Origin: Chloroflexota bacterium
GTDB taxonomy: Bacteria; Chloroflexota; UBA11872; VXOZ01
Direction: 5' to 3'
Assembly (NCBI GenBank): GCA_964291655.2
Contig: OZ219802.1
Coordinates: 928,001-992,000 of the forward strand
DNA length: 64,000 nt
Both the position numbers and the translations under genes were made by a program. Below the pieces are notes generated by a model that had not been told where the DNA came from, searched no databases, and saw nothing but the letters and a program-made list of their open reading frames with translations. Below are positions 30,039-40,713 of the stretch, piece by piece; positions within the stretch are counted from its first letter, which is position 1, and every line of letters begins with the position of its first letter.

Positions 30039-31388
30039 GTGAATAACAAGGAAGAATTCACTCTACCCGTCTTCAGTTTGCGCCGCAGATTCAATCAGCT
30101 GATTCTGCTTGTATTCCTGTTACTTCTGCTGGCCGTTTGGGGCAGCATTGCCATCTATTTTGCCTTCGCGAGTATCCGGGAGTTGCTACAAGCTGATCCT
30201 GCCGCGCTCGCCCGTGCGGAAGGGGCCGCCGCTCCCGCGATTGCCGTGCCGATCGAGACTTTGCAGCAGCTATCCACGGGGTTACTGCAGGCGCTGGCCG
30301 TAGGCATCATAGTCGCGCTCGTCTTGGCGTTTATCATGTTCACGTTTGTCACTGCCGGCGTGCGCACCGTAGCTTTGGAGGTCTGGATTCGCCGCATGGG
30401 AGCAGGCGACTTGGAGTACAAAGTTGAGATAGAAGGCAACGACGAACTCGCTGAATCGGCGCGGGCCCTCGAGGAGCTCAGGCAACGTTCCATCAAAGCC
30501 ATGCAACTCGATCTTGTAAGAGAGCTCTCGGAAGACCTGGAACGCAAAAACCAGGAACTGGAACGCGTCGTGACTGAGCTTCAGCAGACGCAGGAGCAAA
30601 TAATCCTTCGCGAAAAGCTCGCTGAGCTTGGCGAGCTAACTGCCGGAGTCGCGCACGAGATCAGGAATCCGCTCAACTTCATGAAGAACTTCTCAGAAGC
30701 ATCGGATGAGCTGCTTGCCGAGCTAAAAGTGACGCTCGATCATAACGCCGCAGAGCTGGATCAAGCAAACCGGCAGCTCATCGATGACATTTGTCAGAAC
30801 TTAGCCGAAAACTTGGAACGCATTCGTTCCCACGGCGATCGCGCGAACCGCATTGTGCGCGACATGCTGATGCTCGGCCGCGGCGGCGGCGCGATGCAGC
30901 TCGTGGACATTAATGACTTGCTCAAAGAACATACAATGCTTGCCTTCCATAGTGCTTGCGCCCTGGAGCCGGATTTCCGCTTAGACATCGAAGAAGAGCT
31001 CGACCAAGATGCAGGTCGAGTGCCCGTGATCTCAGAAGACCTGGGGCGCGTTTTCCTGAATATGGTCGGAAACGCGTGTTATGCAACGGACGAGAAGCGA
31101 CGACTGCGCGAAGCCCAGGGTGAGCCTTACACGCCGACTCTTTGGATTCGGACAAAGAAAGTAGCAGACGCAGTCGAAATCCGCATTCGAGACAACGGCA
31201 CCGGCATTCCGGCGGACGTCATGGAAAAGGTGTTCAACCCGTTCTTCACGACCAAGCCGGCCGACAAGGGCACCGGCCTAGGCCTCAGCCTCTCAAATGA
31301 CATCGTGCGACAGCACGGCGGCTCCATTGCGCCCACGTCCGAACCCGGTGAATTCACGGAGATGACAATCTCCATCCCGGTTTCCTAG
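30039..31388 (+). CDS. Membrane HAMP-domain sensor histidine kinase (NtrB-like), orphan
   Basis: Two TM helices; HAMP; AGVAHEIRNPL H-box; N-box NMVGNA; DNGTG; FNPFFTTK; GTGLGL. Confidence 0.92.
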   Translation: MNNKEEFTLPVFSLRRRFNQLILLVFLLLLLAVWGSIAIYFAFASIRELLQADPAALARAEGAAAPAIAVPIETLQQLSTGLLQALAVGIIVALVLAFIMFTFVTAGVRTVALEVWIRRMGAGDLEYKVEIEGNDELAESARALEELRQRSIKAMQLDLVRELSEDLERKNQELERVVTELQQTQEQIILREKLAELGELTAGVAHEIRNPLNFMKNFSEASDELLAELKVTLDHNAAELDQANRQLIDDICQNLAENLERIRSHGDRANRIVRDMLMLGRGGGAMQLVDINDLLKEHTMLAFHSACALEPDFRLDIEEELDQDAGRVPVISEDLGRVFLNMVGNACYATDEKRRLREAQGEPYTPTLWIRTKKVADAVEIRIRDNGTGIPADVMEKVFNPFFTTKPADKGTGLGLSLSNDIVRQHGGSIAPTSEPGEFTEMTISIPVS

Positions 31389-31592
31389 GACTTGGTGACA
31401 GACTCCAAGTGGAGCAGTCCTCGGCTAGCTCGAACGAAGGGGGCAGGGGTTTCATCTACTGCGGCATTAGACCCAGTCGAGATCGGCAATTCCGCCTGCT
31501 CTGCGGGGCATCAGCCAGAGCACACCGGTTGGAGACCCAGCCCTCTAGCGCGGGATCCCCCTGGCGAACCTCAACGCCCTGAGGATCAGGGG

Positions 31593-33695
31593 CTAGCCAC
31601 CGGCAACTTCCGCAGGTTCCTTGACGGCCTTGTCCTCTGCAGCACCAGTTTGAGGGGTAGGAGGACGCGAACTTGCAAAGTCGCAGTCTGGATACCTGGA
31701 ACAGCTATAGAAGACGCTGCGCCGCTTGTTGAGTTTGCGCACCACGTCCCCTTCACCGCACTTCGGGCAATCCACGCCAATGGTATCCATGTAGGGTTTC
31801 GTGTTCTTGCACTGCGGAAAGCCGCTGCAACCAATGAACTTACCGAACCGCCCATTGCGAAGGAGAAGAGGTTTGCCGCACTCTTCACAATCCTCGCCGG
31901 TTTCTTCCACGGGGGGTCTGACGCGCTCCGCCTCCTGGTCGGCCTTCTCTAACGCGGCATCGAAGCCACCGTAGAACTCCTTGAGGACCGGTGTCCATTG
32001 CTTCTCGCCACGGGAAATGGCATCCAGGTCTTCTTCCATCCCCGCCGTAAACTCAGGTTTGATGATGTCGGGGAAGTGCTTGACCAACATGTCTCGCACC
32101 ACTATCCCTAATTCTGTAGGCTTGAGGCTGCGTCGCTCGCGCTCAACGTAGGTGCGCTCCTGAATTACCGATAGGATAGGCGCGTACGTGCTCGGCCTGC
32201 CGATGCCCTCCTCTTCCAGTGACCGAATGAGGCTTGCCTCGGTAAAGCGTGCGGGCGGCTGGGTGAAGTGCTGGTCCGGCCAAACCTTGCGCAGGTCTAC
32301 TTCTTCGCCTTCTCCCAATGTGGGCAGCGACTTCTTCTCGTCATCTGCCTCCTCGTCTGCTCGGTAGATCCGATAGAAGCCGGGAAACTTCACTTTAGTA
32401 GCAGACGCGCGGAAGCGATACGCCAGGCTTGTGCCATCCCGCTGCGGCACGATGTCTACCGATGTAGTCTGCAACAAGGCCGGGCGCATCTGGCTGGCAA
32501 CGAACCGCTGCCAAATGAGCGTATAGAGCTTAAGCTGGTTTGCATCCAGAAACTCTCGCATTTGGTCCGGCGTCCGCATCGCGCTGGTGGGGCGGATTGC
32601 TTCGTGGGCTTCCTGGGCATTCTTCACACGCGATGTATAGCGATTTGGTTCTTCGGGTACTTCATCCGCGCCGTATGTCTGATCGATGAACTGCCGCACC
32701 TGTGCAATTGCCTCGCCGCTCACCTGCACGGAGTCCGTACGCATGTAGGTGATAAGGCCCACTTGGCCTTCCCCGCCAATCTCAATGCCCTCATACAGTT
32801 GCTGGGCGAGACGCATAGTGCGCGCGGCGCCATAGCCCAGGCGGCCGGAGGCATCTTGCTGCAAGGTGCTCGTTGTGTACGGAGCGCTCGGCCGCCGCCG
32901 CCGCTCACGTACCGAGATCTTCTGCACGGTCCAATCAGCGCTGTCCAATTCCGCGAGGATGCCCTGTGCCGTATCCGCATCGCTAATGTCGGGCTTCTTG
33001 CCGTGTACTTGCACGAGCTCGGCGTCGAACTCATCCTGCGTCTTTGAAGAAGTCAGCGCGCGCTTGTCGGGTCTTTTCGCGAGTGTGGCGTGTATCGACC
33101 AGTACTCTTGGGGATCGAACGCCTCGATCTCCCGTTCGCGGTCCACAATAAGGCGGAGCGCAACCGATTGCACCCTCCCCGCCGATAGACCCCGTTGGAC
33201 TTTGCGCCAGAGAAACGGGCTCATCTTGTAACCGACCAAGCGATCCAGCACCCGCCGCGCTTGCTGTGCATCCACAAGGTCCGCGTTGATTTCGCGCGGT
33301 TCCTCCAAAGCGTGCTGCACGGCATTCTTGGTAATCTCGTGGAAAACCACGCGCTTGGCGCTTAGGTCCTGGTTCTTCGTCTTGCGCTTGAGCGCCTCGA
33401 GCAGATGCCACGCTATCGCTTCACCTTCCCGGTCCGGGTCGGTGGCGAGCAAGATTTCACTTGCTTTCTTTGCCTGCTCCGTAAGCTTCTTGACCGTAGC
33501 GCTCTTGTCACGGGGCACCACGTAGGAGGGCGCAAAGTCGTTGTCGACTTCTACGCCAAGTTTGCTCTTGGGAAGGTCCCGGACGTGTCCCATTGACGAC
33601 TCGACCGCATAGTTGCGGCCGAGGAACTTCTTGATTGTGCGCGCCTTAGTCGGCGACTCCACGACGATGAGTTTCCGTTTTGCCAATGTTTTCAC
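31593..33695 (-). CDS. topA: DNA topoisomerase I
   Basis: IVVESPTKA, ATDPDREGEAIAWH, SAGRVQS, LITYMRTDS, GIGRPSTY, C-terminal zinc ribbons. Confidence 0.98.
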   Translation of the reverse strand: MKTLAKRKLIVVESPTKARTIKKFLGRNYAVESSMGHVRDLPKSKLGVEVDNDFAPSYVVPRDKSATVKKLTEQAKKASEILLATDPDREGEAIAWHLLEALKRKTKNQDLSAKRVVFHEITKNAVQHALEEPREINADLVDAQQARRVLDRLVGYKMSPFLWRKVQRGLSAGRVQSVALRLIVDREREIEAFDPQEYWSIHATLAKRPDKRALTSSKTQDEFDAELVQVHGKKPDISDADTAQGILAELDSADWTVQKISVRERRRRPSAPYTTSTLQQDASGRLGYGAARTMRLAQQLYEGIEIGGEGQVGLITYMRTDSVQVSGEAIAQVRQFIDQTYGADEVPEEPNRYTSRVKNAQEAHEAIRPTSAMRTPDQMREFLDANQLKLYTLIWQRFVASQMRPALLQTTSVDIVPQRDGTSLAYRFRASATKVKFPGFYRIYRADEEADDEKKSLPTLGEGEEVDLRKVWPDQHFTQPPARFTEASLIRSLEEEGIGRPSTYAPILSVIQERTYVERERRSLKPTELGIVVRDMLVKHFPDIIKPEFTAGMEEDLDAISRGEKQWTPVLKEFYGGFDAALEKADQEAERVRPPVEETGEDCEECGKPLLLRNGRFGKFIGCSGFPQCKNTKPYMDTIGVDCPKCGEGDVVRKLNKRRSVFYSCSRYPDCDFASSRPPTPQTGAAEDKAVKEPAEVAGG

Positions 33696-33844
33696 CTATA
33701 TGATTTGCTGCGAGCACGCCTATATTACACTATGCGCTACGGCAAGAGAAAAGGAACTTTCCACACGAGGACCGGGAAACCGACCGCCGCCCATCCTGCC
33801 TCTCCACCCAAGTCGTACACTCTACAACAAGACCCTACGCGCTG

Positions 33845-35137
33845 TCACGCGGGGGAACTGCTGCCGTACGTACGCTCCCAAGCGTGCAGTTCAGCGACAT
33901 TCTGCCGAATCTTGCGCACGGCGTCAAGGATTTCATCCATCCGTCGCCGCGAACCCAAGAAGAGCGTGTGCGAGAAAGCGAGCGCTTCAGTTTCAGCAAT
34001 GCGCTCCGTTTCCGGACACATGACGCCGGCATAGTCCATCTCTCGCCCATACACCTGCTCATTGAATGGGAAATTTGTTCGTCCGCAGTTCATTTCGGTA
34101 AGCGCCGGGTTCTTGTAGAGCGGCGCAGTCTGGCCCGTGCTCGTTGGAACGCCTTCAGCCTTCAGCGCGGCCAGAATGGTGTCGCGTTGAATATCCTCGA
34201 ATTCCGCGCCCAAGAAACGCCAATGCCAGATATAGAAGCTCCATCGCGTCACTCGAGGATCCCAAACCAAACTATCCACGCCAGGAATCTCTGCCAATCC
34301 CCGTATCAGATAGCGGACGTTTTCTTCTCGCGTCGCTATCTGCTTTGGCAGACGCTCCAGGCCGACAAGCCCCAGCGCTCCGATCCATTCCGACATGCGC
34401 AAATTGGTGGCTGGCAAAGATTGCGCCGGTTTCGGGCGTCCCACAATGCCGTTCACGTGGTGAAAACCGTACAGCCGCGCGCGGAGATCGTCCCGGTCGG
34501 TAAGCACCATGCCGCCTTCACCTAAAGGCAACACCTTACTACCCTGAAAGCTGAAAGCCCCAGCGTCCTCGATCGCGCCCACGCCGCGGCCTCGCCACTG
34601 GCTGCCATGGGCATGGGCACAGTCGCCAACGAGCGCAATGCCATGTTTGTCTGCCAGTGAGCGCAACGCGTCCAAATCGGCCGGCATGCCCCCATTGTGG
34701 ACACACATGACCGCCCGTGTCTTGGGCGTAACGGCGGCGTCGCACTTGCCGGCATCGATGTTGTACGTGCCGGGTTCAATGTCCACGAAAACAGGCACCC
34801 CGCCAACAGCAATTACCGCCGTGGGCACAGTTATCCACGTGGCGGCCGGGATGATGACCTCATCGCCGGGCTCTACGCCTACCGCCTGCAACGCCAGTTC
34901 CATACCTATCGACCCCGTAGCGACCGCTACGCCGTGCCGCGCGTCTTGAAACGCAGCAAAGGCGTCTTCAAATCGCCACACCCACGATTCCGCGCCCTGC
35001 GACTTGGAGCGCGTCCATGCCCCGCTCTGCAAGACTTCCATCAGCGCCCGCTCGTCGCGGTCATCGTGTACCGGCCAGGCACTATCAAGCGGCACGTCAA
35101 CGATTGGCGTTCCACCGGTCAATGCAAGTTTTCCCAT
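33845..35137 (-). CDS. DegT/DnrJ/EryC1/StrS PLP-dependent aminotransferase
   Basis: GDEVI, PVFVDI, DCAHAHG, FSFQGSK (PLP lysine), GEGG. Confidence 0.92.
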   Translation of the reverse strand: MGKLALTGGTPIVDVPLDSAWPVHDDRDERALMEVLQSGAWTRSKSQGAESWVWRFEDAFAAFQDARHGVAVATGSIGMELALQAVGVEPGDEVIIPAATWITVPTAVIAVGGVPVFVDIEPGTYNIDAGKCDAAVTPKTRAVMCVHNGGMPADLDALRSLADKHGIALVGDCAHAHGSQWRGRGVGAIEDAGAFSFQGSKVLPLGEGGMVLTDRDDLRARLYGFHHVNGIVGRPKPAQSLPATNLRMSEWIGALGLVGLERLPKQIATREENVRYLIRGLAEIPGVDSLVWDPRVTRWSFYIWHWRFLGAEFEDIQRDTILAALKAEGVPTSTGQTAPLYKNPALTEMNCGRTNFPFNEQVYGREMDYAGVMCPETERIAETEALAFSHTLFLGSRRRMDEILDAVRKIRQNVAELHAWERTYGSSSPA

Positions 35138-35297
35138 GTATGGGTCATCCTCTTGTGTTAATCAGGGCTGATGGTAGTTACGCACCTGGCAGGCTGGCCG
35201 TTCACCACACACATTCCGGTTGCGTCAGCATACCACTCGACGTAATGTGCGAACTCCTTGATTCTGACGAAGGACTCAATCCAAAAGCAAGTTTCGG

Positions 35298-36443
35298 CTA
35301 GTGTTCCGCAATATTCTCCTGCACCAAAACCCGAAATCCACCCAAACCATCGGGCCAGATGAGGTCGGTGATGGCGCGCTTGGCGCGCTGCGTCTCTGCC
35401 GTGGCGGGCCGGGCCGCCAGCGCCGTCAATTCCTCGCCAATGCCAAGTCTCATGAGGTACTCCGCTTGAGACTGCAAACTGACCGTACCCAGGCCGAATG
35501 CCTCACCATACTCCACAAGCGCGGAAAAGTTTACGTGGGCGGTGATGTCCTGGGAGCCGATGCGGTCATAGGGGTTCTTGCCAACACGATGGCGGTGGTA
35601 GCAGGCGAGTGTGCCGTCGACCCAGCGTGCGCTGCACAGTTCCTGCCACGTAGCGCCGTAGTCTATGGTGAGCACCGTGCCTTGGTTCAATACCTGTGCA
35701 ATGGTTTTCCACCGCGCCAAGGCCGCCAGGCAAATCTCGCCTTGCCAGCCTTCCGGCGGCCGGCCCAGTCGCTCCACGAAAGCTCCGAGTTCCGGGCAGG
35801 ACGGTGCGTCATACAATTCGCAGAGCCGACCTTCACGCACCGTCACGTAAAGTTCCTGCAGCGCACCGCCCTTAACTCGTACCCGGTGTACTGGCAGCGC
35901 GTCCAGGAACTCGTTGGATAGCACGATGCCGTATACTGGCGCCGAAGGGGCATGGCTTATGTCAATGGGTTGCGCGGCAACCGCGGCGAGCGCCTCTCGC
36001 TGTGCGATGTTCGGACCTGGACCACGGTCAACCAACTGGTAGCGTGTACTCTTCCAACACCGCGGAATCTCATTACGCAGCCCATTGAGAATATCCCACG
36101 CCAGGATACCCCGTCCCGCCCCCATCTCCACCACGTCAAAGTGCTGGGGTTCGCCAAGTTCTTGCCAGACCCGCGCCACGTGACGGGCAAGATATGCGCC
36201 AAAGACCGCGTGAAGCTGCGGGGACGTGTAGTAGTCATGCGGCGGGCCGGCGTGAAGCTCAGGCACAGGACTCCCATCGGAGCGTGAATGTCTGTCAGCG
36301 GGCTCTTCGCTCGCATCACAGTGACCTGGGGATGCAGTGTAGTAACCCACTCCCGGCGCATAGAGCGCGGTCTCCATATACTCCGCAAATGTTATCCTGC
36401 CCTTTTCCGCGATCGCCGCGCGCACCAGGTACTCTGCCGTCAT
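35298..36443 (-). CDS. SAM-dependent methyltransferase, MidA/NDUFAF7 family
   Basis: FAEYMETALY..GYY, DYYTSP, EMGAGRG, SNEFLDALP, IDYG, QDITAHVNF. Confidence 0.92.
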   Translation of the reverse strand: MTAEYLVRAAIAEKGRITFAEYMETALYAPGVGYYTASPGHCDASEEPADRHSRSDGSPVPELHAGPPHDYYTSPQLHAVFGAYLARHVARVWQELGEPQHFDVVEMGAGRGILAWDILNGLRNEIPRCWKSTRYQLVDRGPGPNIAQREALAAVAAQPIDISHAPSAPVYGIVLSNEFLDALPVHRVRVKGGALQELYVTVREGRLCELYDAPSCPELGAFVERLGRPPEGWQGEICLAALARWKTIAQVLNQGTVLTIDYGATWQELCSARWVDGTLACYHRHRVGKNPYDRIGSQDITAHVNFSALVEYGEAFGLGTVSLQSQAEYLMRLGIGEELTALAARPATAETQRAKRAITDLIWPDGLGGFRVLVQENIAEH

Positions 36444-36760
36444 AGTGCCGTACTTTCATCGGGGGAACTGCCTGTTGCTTGGCAGTGCTCTATACGAGTG
36501 TTGTCATTTCGCTGTGCAAGGGAAGCAAAGCGTCAGCAAGCTGTCTGCACGGTAAAGCGCTGATAAAGAAGGAAGTGAAACGAACAGCCGCCAGCAGACT
36601 TGGCTGCCAGGCCGCTCGTCTCTGTGCCGTACGCCTTAGCCTGCATCTCAATCCCGCCCATTGTCAACTCATGATGAAGGTGCACCTTGCCTCCTTTCTG
36701 TACAATAGAGAGCAATACGGCAGCGGACAACACGACGTGAGATCGAGGGAGGTTTGGGGA

Positions 36761-38521
36761 ATGGCGCTGCGAAGCCAAAAGCTACGAGACCTCAACCGCC
36801 AAGGCGATGCCCTGCGCATGGGCATGGACTGGACAGTTGACGATTTGGGCAAGCCGCAGGTGCTGGTGGAGAGTGTGACCGGCTGTTCCCACCCGTCCAG
36901 CGTGCATCTCGGCGACTTGGTCGAGCAAGCCAAGTTCGGCGTCTACACGCGCGGCGGCAAGCCCGCCGAGTTTTACTGCACCGACATCTGCGATGGCGTG
37001 GCCCAAGCCCACGCCGGCATGAGCTATAGCCTGCCTTCCCGGGACATCATCAGCTACATGACGGAGATCCACGCCCTGGCGCATCCCCATGACGCCATGG
37101 TGTGCATTTCCACTGCCGACAAGGCTGTGCCCGGCCACCTGATGGCCATGGCGCGCGTGAACCTCCCGGCTATCCACATTCCCGGCGGCACCCAGACTAA
37201 CGGCCCTTGCAATATGTCGTCTGAGCTCATGTACCCGCTCGGCATCATGCGCGACAAAGGGCAGATCACCGAGGAAGAGCTGATCGCCAAGCAGAAGCAC
37301 GCCTGTCCCACGCCCGGCGCGTGCCAGTTCATGGGCACTGCCAGCAGCAATCAAGTAATCGCTGAGGCGCTAGGCCTCGCATTGCCGGGCAGCGCGCTCA
37401 TACCGGCCGCGCTCCGCGAGCTCACCCGCATGGCCCGCGACGCCGGCGAGCAGGTGATGACATTGCTGGAAAAAAATATCCGGCCCCGCGACATTCTGAC
37501 GCCGGAGGCGTTCCATAACGCCCTCGTGCTCCACGCCGCCGTCGGAGGCTCAACCAACCTTCTCATCCACCTGCCTGCCATCGCCGCGGAGGTCGGTATC
37601 GAGATCCGTCCGCAGCAGTTTGACGAGATTGGCAGAAAAGTGCCGGTGCTGACCGACGTGAAGACCTACGGCACCCATCCGGTGGAATACATCTGGTACT
37701 GCGGCGGTGTGCCGGCTCTGATGAACGAGGTAAAGGAATTCCTGCACCTGGACTGCCTTACGGTGACTGGTAAGACCATCGGCGAGAACTTGGACGACCT
37801 GGCAGAGTCCGGCTGGTTCGAGGAGATCGCGGGATATCTGGACAACCACGGCGTCCGCAAGGAAGAAGTGCTCTATCCGATTGAGAAGCCCTACAAATCG
37901 GGCGGCACGATTGCCGTGCTTACCGGCAACCTGGCGCCGGAGGGAGCGGTGATGAAGCACGTCGCCGCCGACCCGCGCACGCACCAGATGACGGGACGCG
38001 CCGTGCCCTACGACCGCGAAGAGGATGCGATTGAAGGCGTCACAAACGACGAGATCAAACCCGGCGACGTGATGGTCATCCGGTACGAGGGGCTGCGTGC
38101 CTCCGGCATGCCGGAAATGTACTTCTGTACTACCGTCATCTCAGCGCGGCCCGATCTGGAAGCAAGCACCGCCATCATCACCGACGGCCGCTATTCCGGC
38201 GCCGCCAAAGGCCCGGCCATCGGCCACGTGATGCCGGAAGCCGCTCTGGGCGGCCCGCTTGCTCTCGTGGAAAAGGACGACCTTATCCAAATCGACGTGC
38301 CCGCGCGCTCGTTGGCAATTGTGGGCGTAAACGGTGAGCGGCGGTCGCCGGAGGAAATTGAGCAGATCCTTTCGGAGCGGCGCAGCCGCTGGCAGGCGCC
38401 CGCGCTTGCGCACGAGTCCGGCGTGCTTTCGCTCTATAGGCGCGAGCCCGTTACCTCCACAAACGGTTTGCCGGCAAGTGTCACCGCACGCCCACAGGCA
38501 GAATCAACCCCACGACCATGA
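36761..38521 (+). CDS. IlvD/Edd family dehydratase (dihydroxy-acid or sugar-acid dehydratase)
   Basis: [53 protein letters not shown]; GGAGG RBS before ATG 36761. Confidence 0.92.
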   Translation: MALRSQKLRDLNRQGDALRMGMDWTVDDLGKPQVLVESVTGCSHPSSVHLGDLVEQAKFGVYTRGGKPAEFYCTDICDGVAQAHAGMSYSLPSRDIISYMTEIHALAHPHDAMVCISTADKAVPGHLMAMARVNLPAIHIPGGTQTNGPCNMSSELMYPLGIMRDKGQITEEELIAKQKHACPTPGACQFMGTASSNQVIAEALGLALPGSALIPAALRELTRMARDAGEQVMTLLEKNIRPRDILTPEAFHNALVLHAAVGGSTNLLIHLPAIAAEVGIEIRPQQFDEIGRKVPVLTDVKTYGTHPVEYIWYCGGVPALMNEVKEFLHLDCLTVTGKTIGENLDDLAESGWFEEIAGYLDNHGVRKEEVLYPIEKPYKSGGTIAVLTGNLAPEGAVMKHVAADPRTHQMTGRAVPYDREEDAIEGVTNDEIKPGDVMVIRYEGLRASGMPEMYFCTTVISARPDLEASTAIITDGRYSGAAKGPAIGHVMPEAALGGPLALVEKDDLIQIDVPARSLAIVGVNGERRSPEEIEQILSERRSRWQAPALAHESGVLSLYRREPVTSTNGLPASVTARPQAESTPRP

Positions 38522-39786
38522 GCGCGCGGTCGCCCTATCCACTGTATGCCGTTCTGACGTTGGCATTGCATGCCCAAGGTCTTGGGAGGTCGCTGGGCGC
38601 GATCTCACGACCCGGCACCGAGGATGTCTACGCGGCGATTGAGCGCGTGGGCTGGGTGCAGATCGACACGCTCCAGGTCGTCAACCGCGCGCACTACGTC
38701 ACACTTTGGAGCAGGCTGGGCAGCTACGACACCTCGCTTCTGGATAGACTCCTCTTCGACGACGGCAACACGTCTCCCGACAACAACCGCCGTCTGTTCG
38801 AGTACTGGGCGCACGCGGCCTGCATAATCCCCTTGACCCTCTACCCGTATTTGCTGCCGCGCATGCGCAGCTACCGGGAGGGCGATAACAAGCCGTACCG
38901 GAATTGGCTGGCCAATGCTGAGAAACAGCAATTTGTGAAGGATGTCTACGCAGCGGTGCGGGAACACGGGGGCTCCCGCGCGGCAGACTTTCGCACCGAC
39001 AAGCGCGCGCCGGGAACCTGGTGGAACTGGGACGATGCAAAGGTCTCACTGGAACATCTTTACAACATTGGCGAACTCGCAATCGCCAACCGCGTAAACT
39101 TCCAACGAATTTACGACGTTCGTGATCGTGTGCTGCCGTCCTGGGTCAATAGAGAAGAGCCAACCGAGGAAAAGGCGCTAAAGCACTTGCTGGAGATTTC
39201 CATGCGGGCATTTGGGGTCTGCACGCCGGAGCAAGTCGGAAACTACTTCAAGCTCAAGGCCAGCGAGGCTCGGCCCCTGGTGAGAGGGCTGATGGAAGAT
39301 GGCACGTTCGCCACTGTTCAGGCCCAGCTCGCAGATGGTGGAACGCACGATCTCCTCGTGCATCGCGAAAACCTGCCGCTGCTGGATGCCGCGGCAGATG
39401 GCTCCCTTCGCGTCCGCCGGACGACGTTTCTCAATCCCTTCGACAGTCTCTTCTGGGCCAGAGGCCGTGACCGCGCCATGTGGAATTTCCGTCAGAAGTT
39501 GGAGTGCTACGTGCCTGCGCCCGAGCGAAAGTGGGGATACTTTTGTCTGCCAATCTTGAACAAGAGACGCCTGGTCGGCCGCTTTGATCCAAAGCTGGAA
39601 CGAAAGACCGGACTGCTCCGGCTGAAGGCGCTTCACCTTGAATCCGGCGTGAAGCCGAGCGACCGCCTGGCAGCCTCCGTCGCCCGCGCCATGCGCGACT
39701 TCATGCGCTTTCACGACGCGACAGACCTTGTAATTGAAAACAGCGACCCCACGGAGTTTGGCACAAAACTCATGGCTGCCTTATAG
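38518..39786 (+). CDS. YcaQ-like (HTH_42) crosslink-repair DNA glycosylase
   Basis: VQIDTLQVVNRAH (QxD), FEYWAH, NFQRIYD, PFDSL, ECYVP..RKWGYF. Confidence 0.9.
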   Translation: MSARSPYPLYAVLTLALHAQGLGRSLGAISRPGTEDVYAAIERVGWVQIDTLQVVNRAHYVTLWSRLGSYDTSLLDRLLFDDGNTSPDNNRRLFEYWAHAACIIPLTLYPYLLPRMRSYREGDNKPYRNWLANAEKQQFVKDVYAAVREHGGSRAADFRTDKRAPGTWWNWDDAKVSLEHLYNIGELAIANRVNFQRIYDVRDRVLPSWVNREEPTEEKALKHLLEISMRAFGVCTPEQVGNYFKLKASEARPLVRGLMEDGTFATVQAQLADGGTHDLLVHRENLPLLDAAADGSLRVRRTTFLNPFDSLFWARGRDRAMWNFRQKLECYVPAPERKWGYFCLPILNKRRLVGRFDPKLERKTGLLRLKALHLESGVKPSDRLAASVARAMRDFMRFHDATDLVIENSDPTEFGTKLMAAL

Positions 39787-39860
39787 ACTACCGCTAGACT
39801 CTTAATTAGCCGGTGAGTTTTGTCCTGTGAGAAGCTCCAACCACCACGGGAGGCATTGCC

Positions 39861-40292
39861 ATGCAAACGGTCACGGTAAAGAGCCACGAACGGCTTCAGC
39901 ACGTCGTGGTCACCGATTCACACGCACTTGTCGCGGACGAGCCGCCGCCGGAGGGCGAGAATCTCGGTCCCAATCCCTATGAATTGCTGCTGGCCTCGCT
40001 CGGCACCTGAACGGCCATGACGCTGCGGCTGTATGCCGACAGGAAAGCGTGGGACTTGGATTCAGTGCGGGTGGAACTCAGCCACGAGCGAGTCCACGCC
40101 CGCGACTGCGCGGAGTGCGAGCAAGAAGGCAGTTCCAAAATCGACCTCATCCGGCGCTACATCGTCGTCTCCGGCGCAATTGACGAAGTCCAGGCCAAGC
40201 GGCTCCTGCAAATCTCCGAGCGCTGCCCGGTGCACCGCACGCTTGAGGGCGGCCCGACAATTCTCACTGAGCTCGATGTAGTGCCGGGCTAA
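39861..40292 (+). CDS. OsmC-like peroxiredoxin, predicted selenoprotein (Sec at codon 50)
   Basis: GGGAGG RBS and ATG 39861; ADEP..GPNPYELLLASLGT-TGA(40008-10)-TAMTLRLYA continues in frame to ERCPVHRTL; SECIS-like hairpin 40023-40042. Confidence 0.88.
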
Positions 40293-40394
40293 AAGTACTC
40301 TCATTGCGTAGGTCATCTAAGCCGGAGGAGAAGCCGAGAGTCGCAAGGTGGGAGACCGGCACTCGGCGGCAAGTGCGACTGGAGAGGATCGGAT

Positions 40395-40487
40395 GGATTC
40401 CCGCTTTCGCGGGAATGACGAGTTTTTGCGGGATCGACATACAAGATGCTGTCCCACTCTGTGTAGCGCGGGGGCTTGTCCCCCGCT
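40395..40487. repeat. Mosaic palindromic repeats (GGATTCCCGCTTTCGCGGGAATGAC plus GTAG-REP)
   Basis: The same two palindromes occur in the same order at 44600-44672. Confidence 0.8.
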
Positions 40488-40713
40488 CCGCTTACTGGAA
40501 AGAGAGCGTAGCGCGAGGACTTCCCTGCTCCGCACAGGATGCGCGTCGCCTGGAGAAAACTGATCCTGCGACCCACGCGGGGACAAGCTTTCGCGGAATT
40601 GACGGACAAGTTGCAGCCCTATTTCGTGGCAAGAAACCGCTTGGTTTATGGCGGGACGCCACAGCCAGAGAGTACAAGACTCCAGTGAGTCTCCTTTGAT
40701 GCGAAAAACGCAA

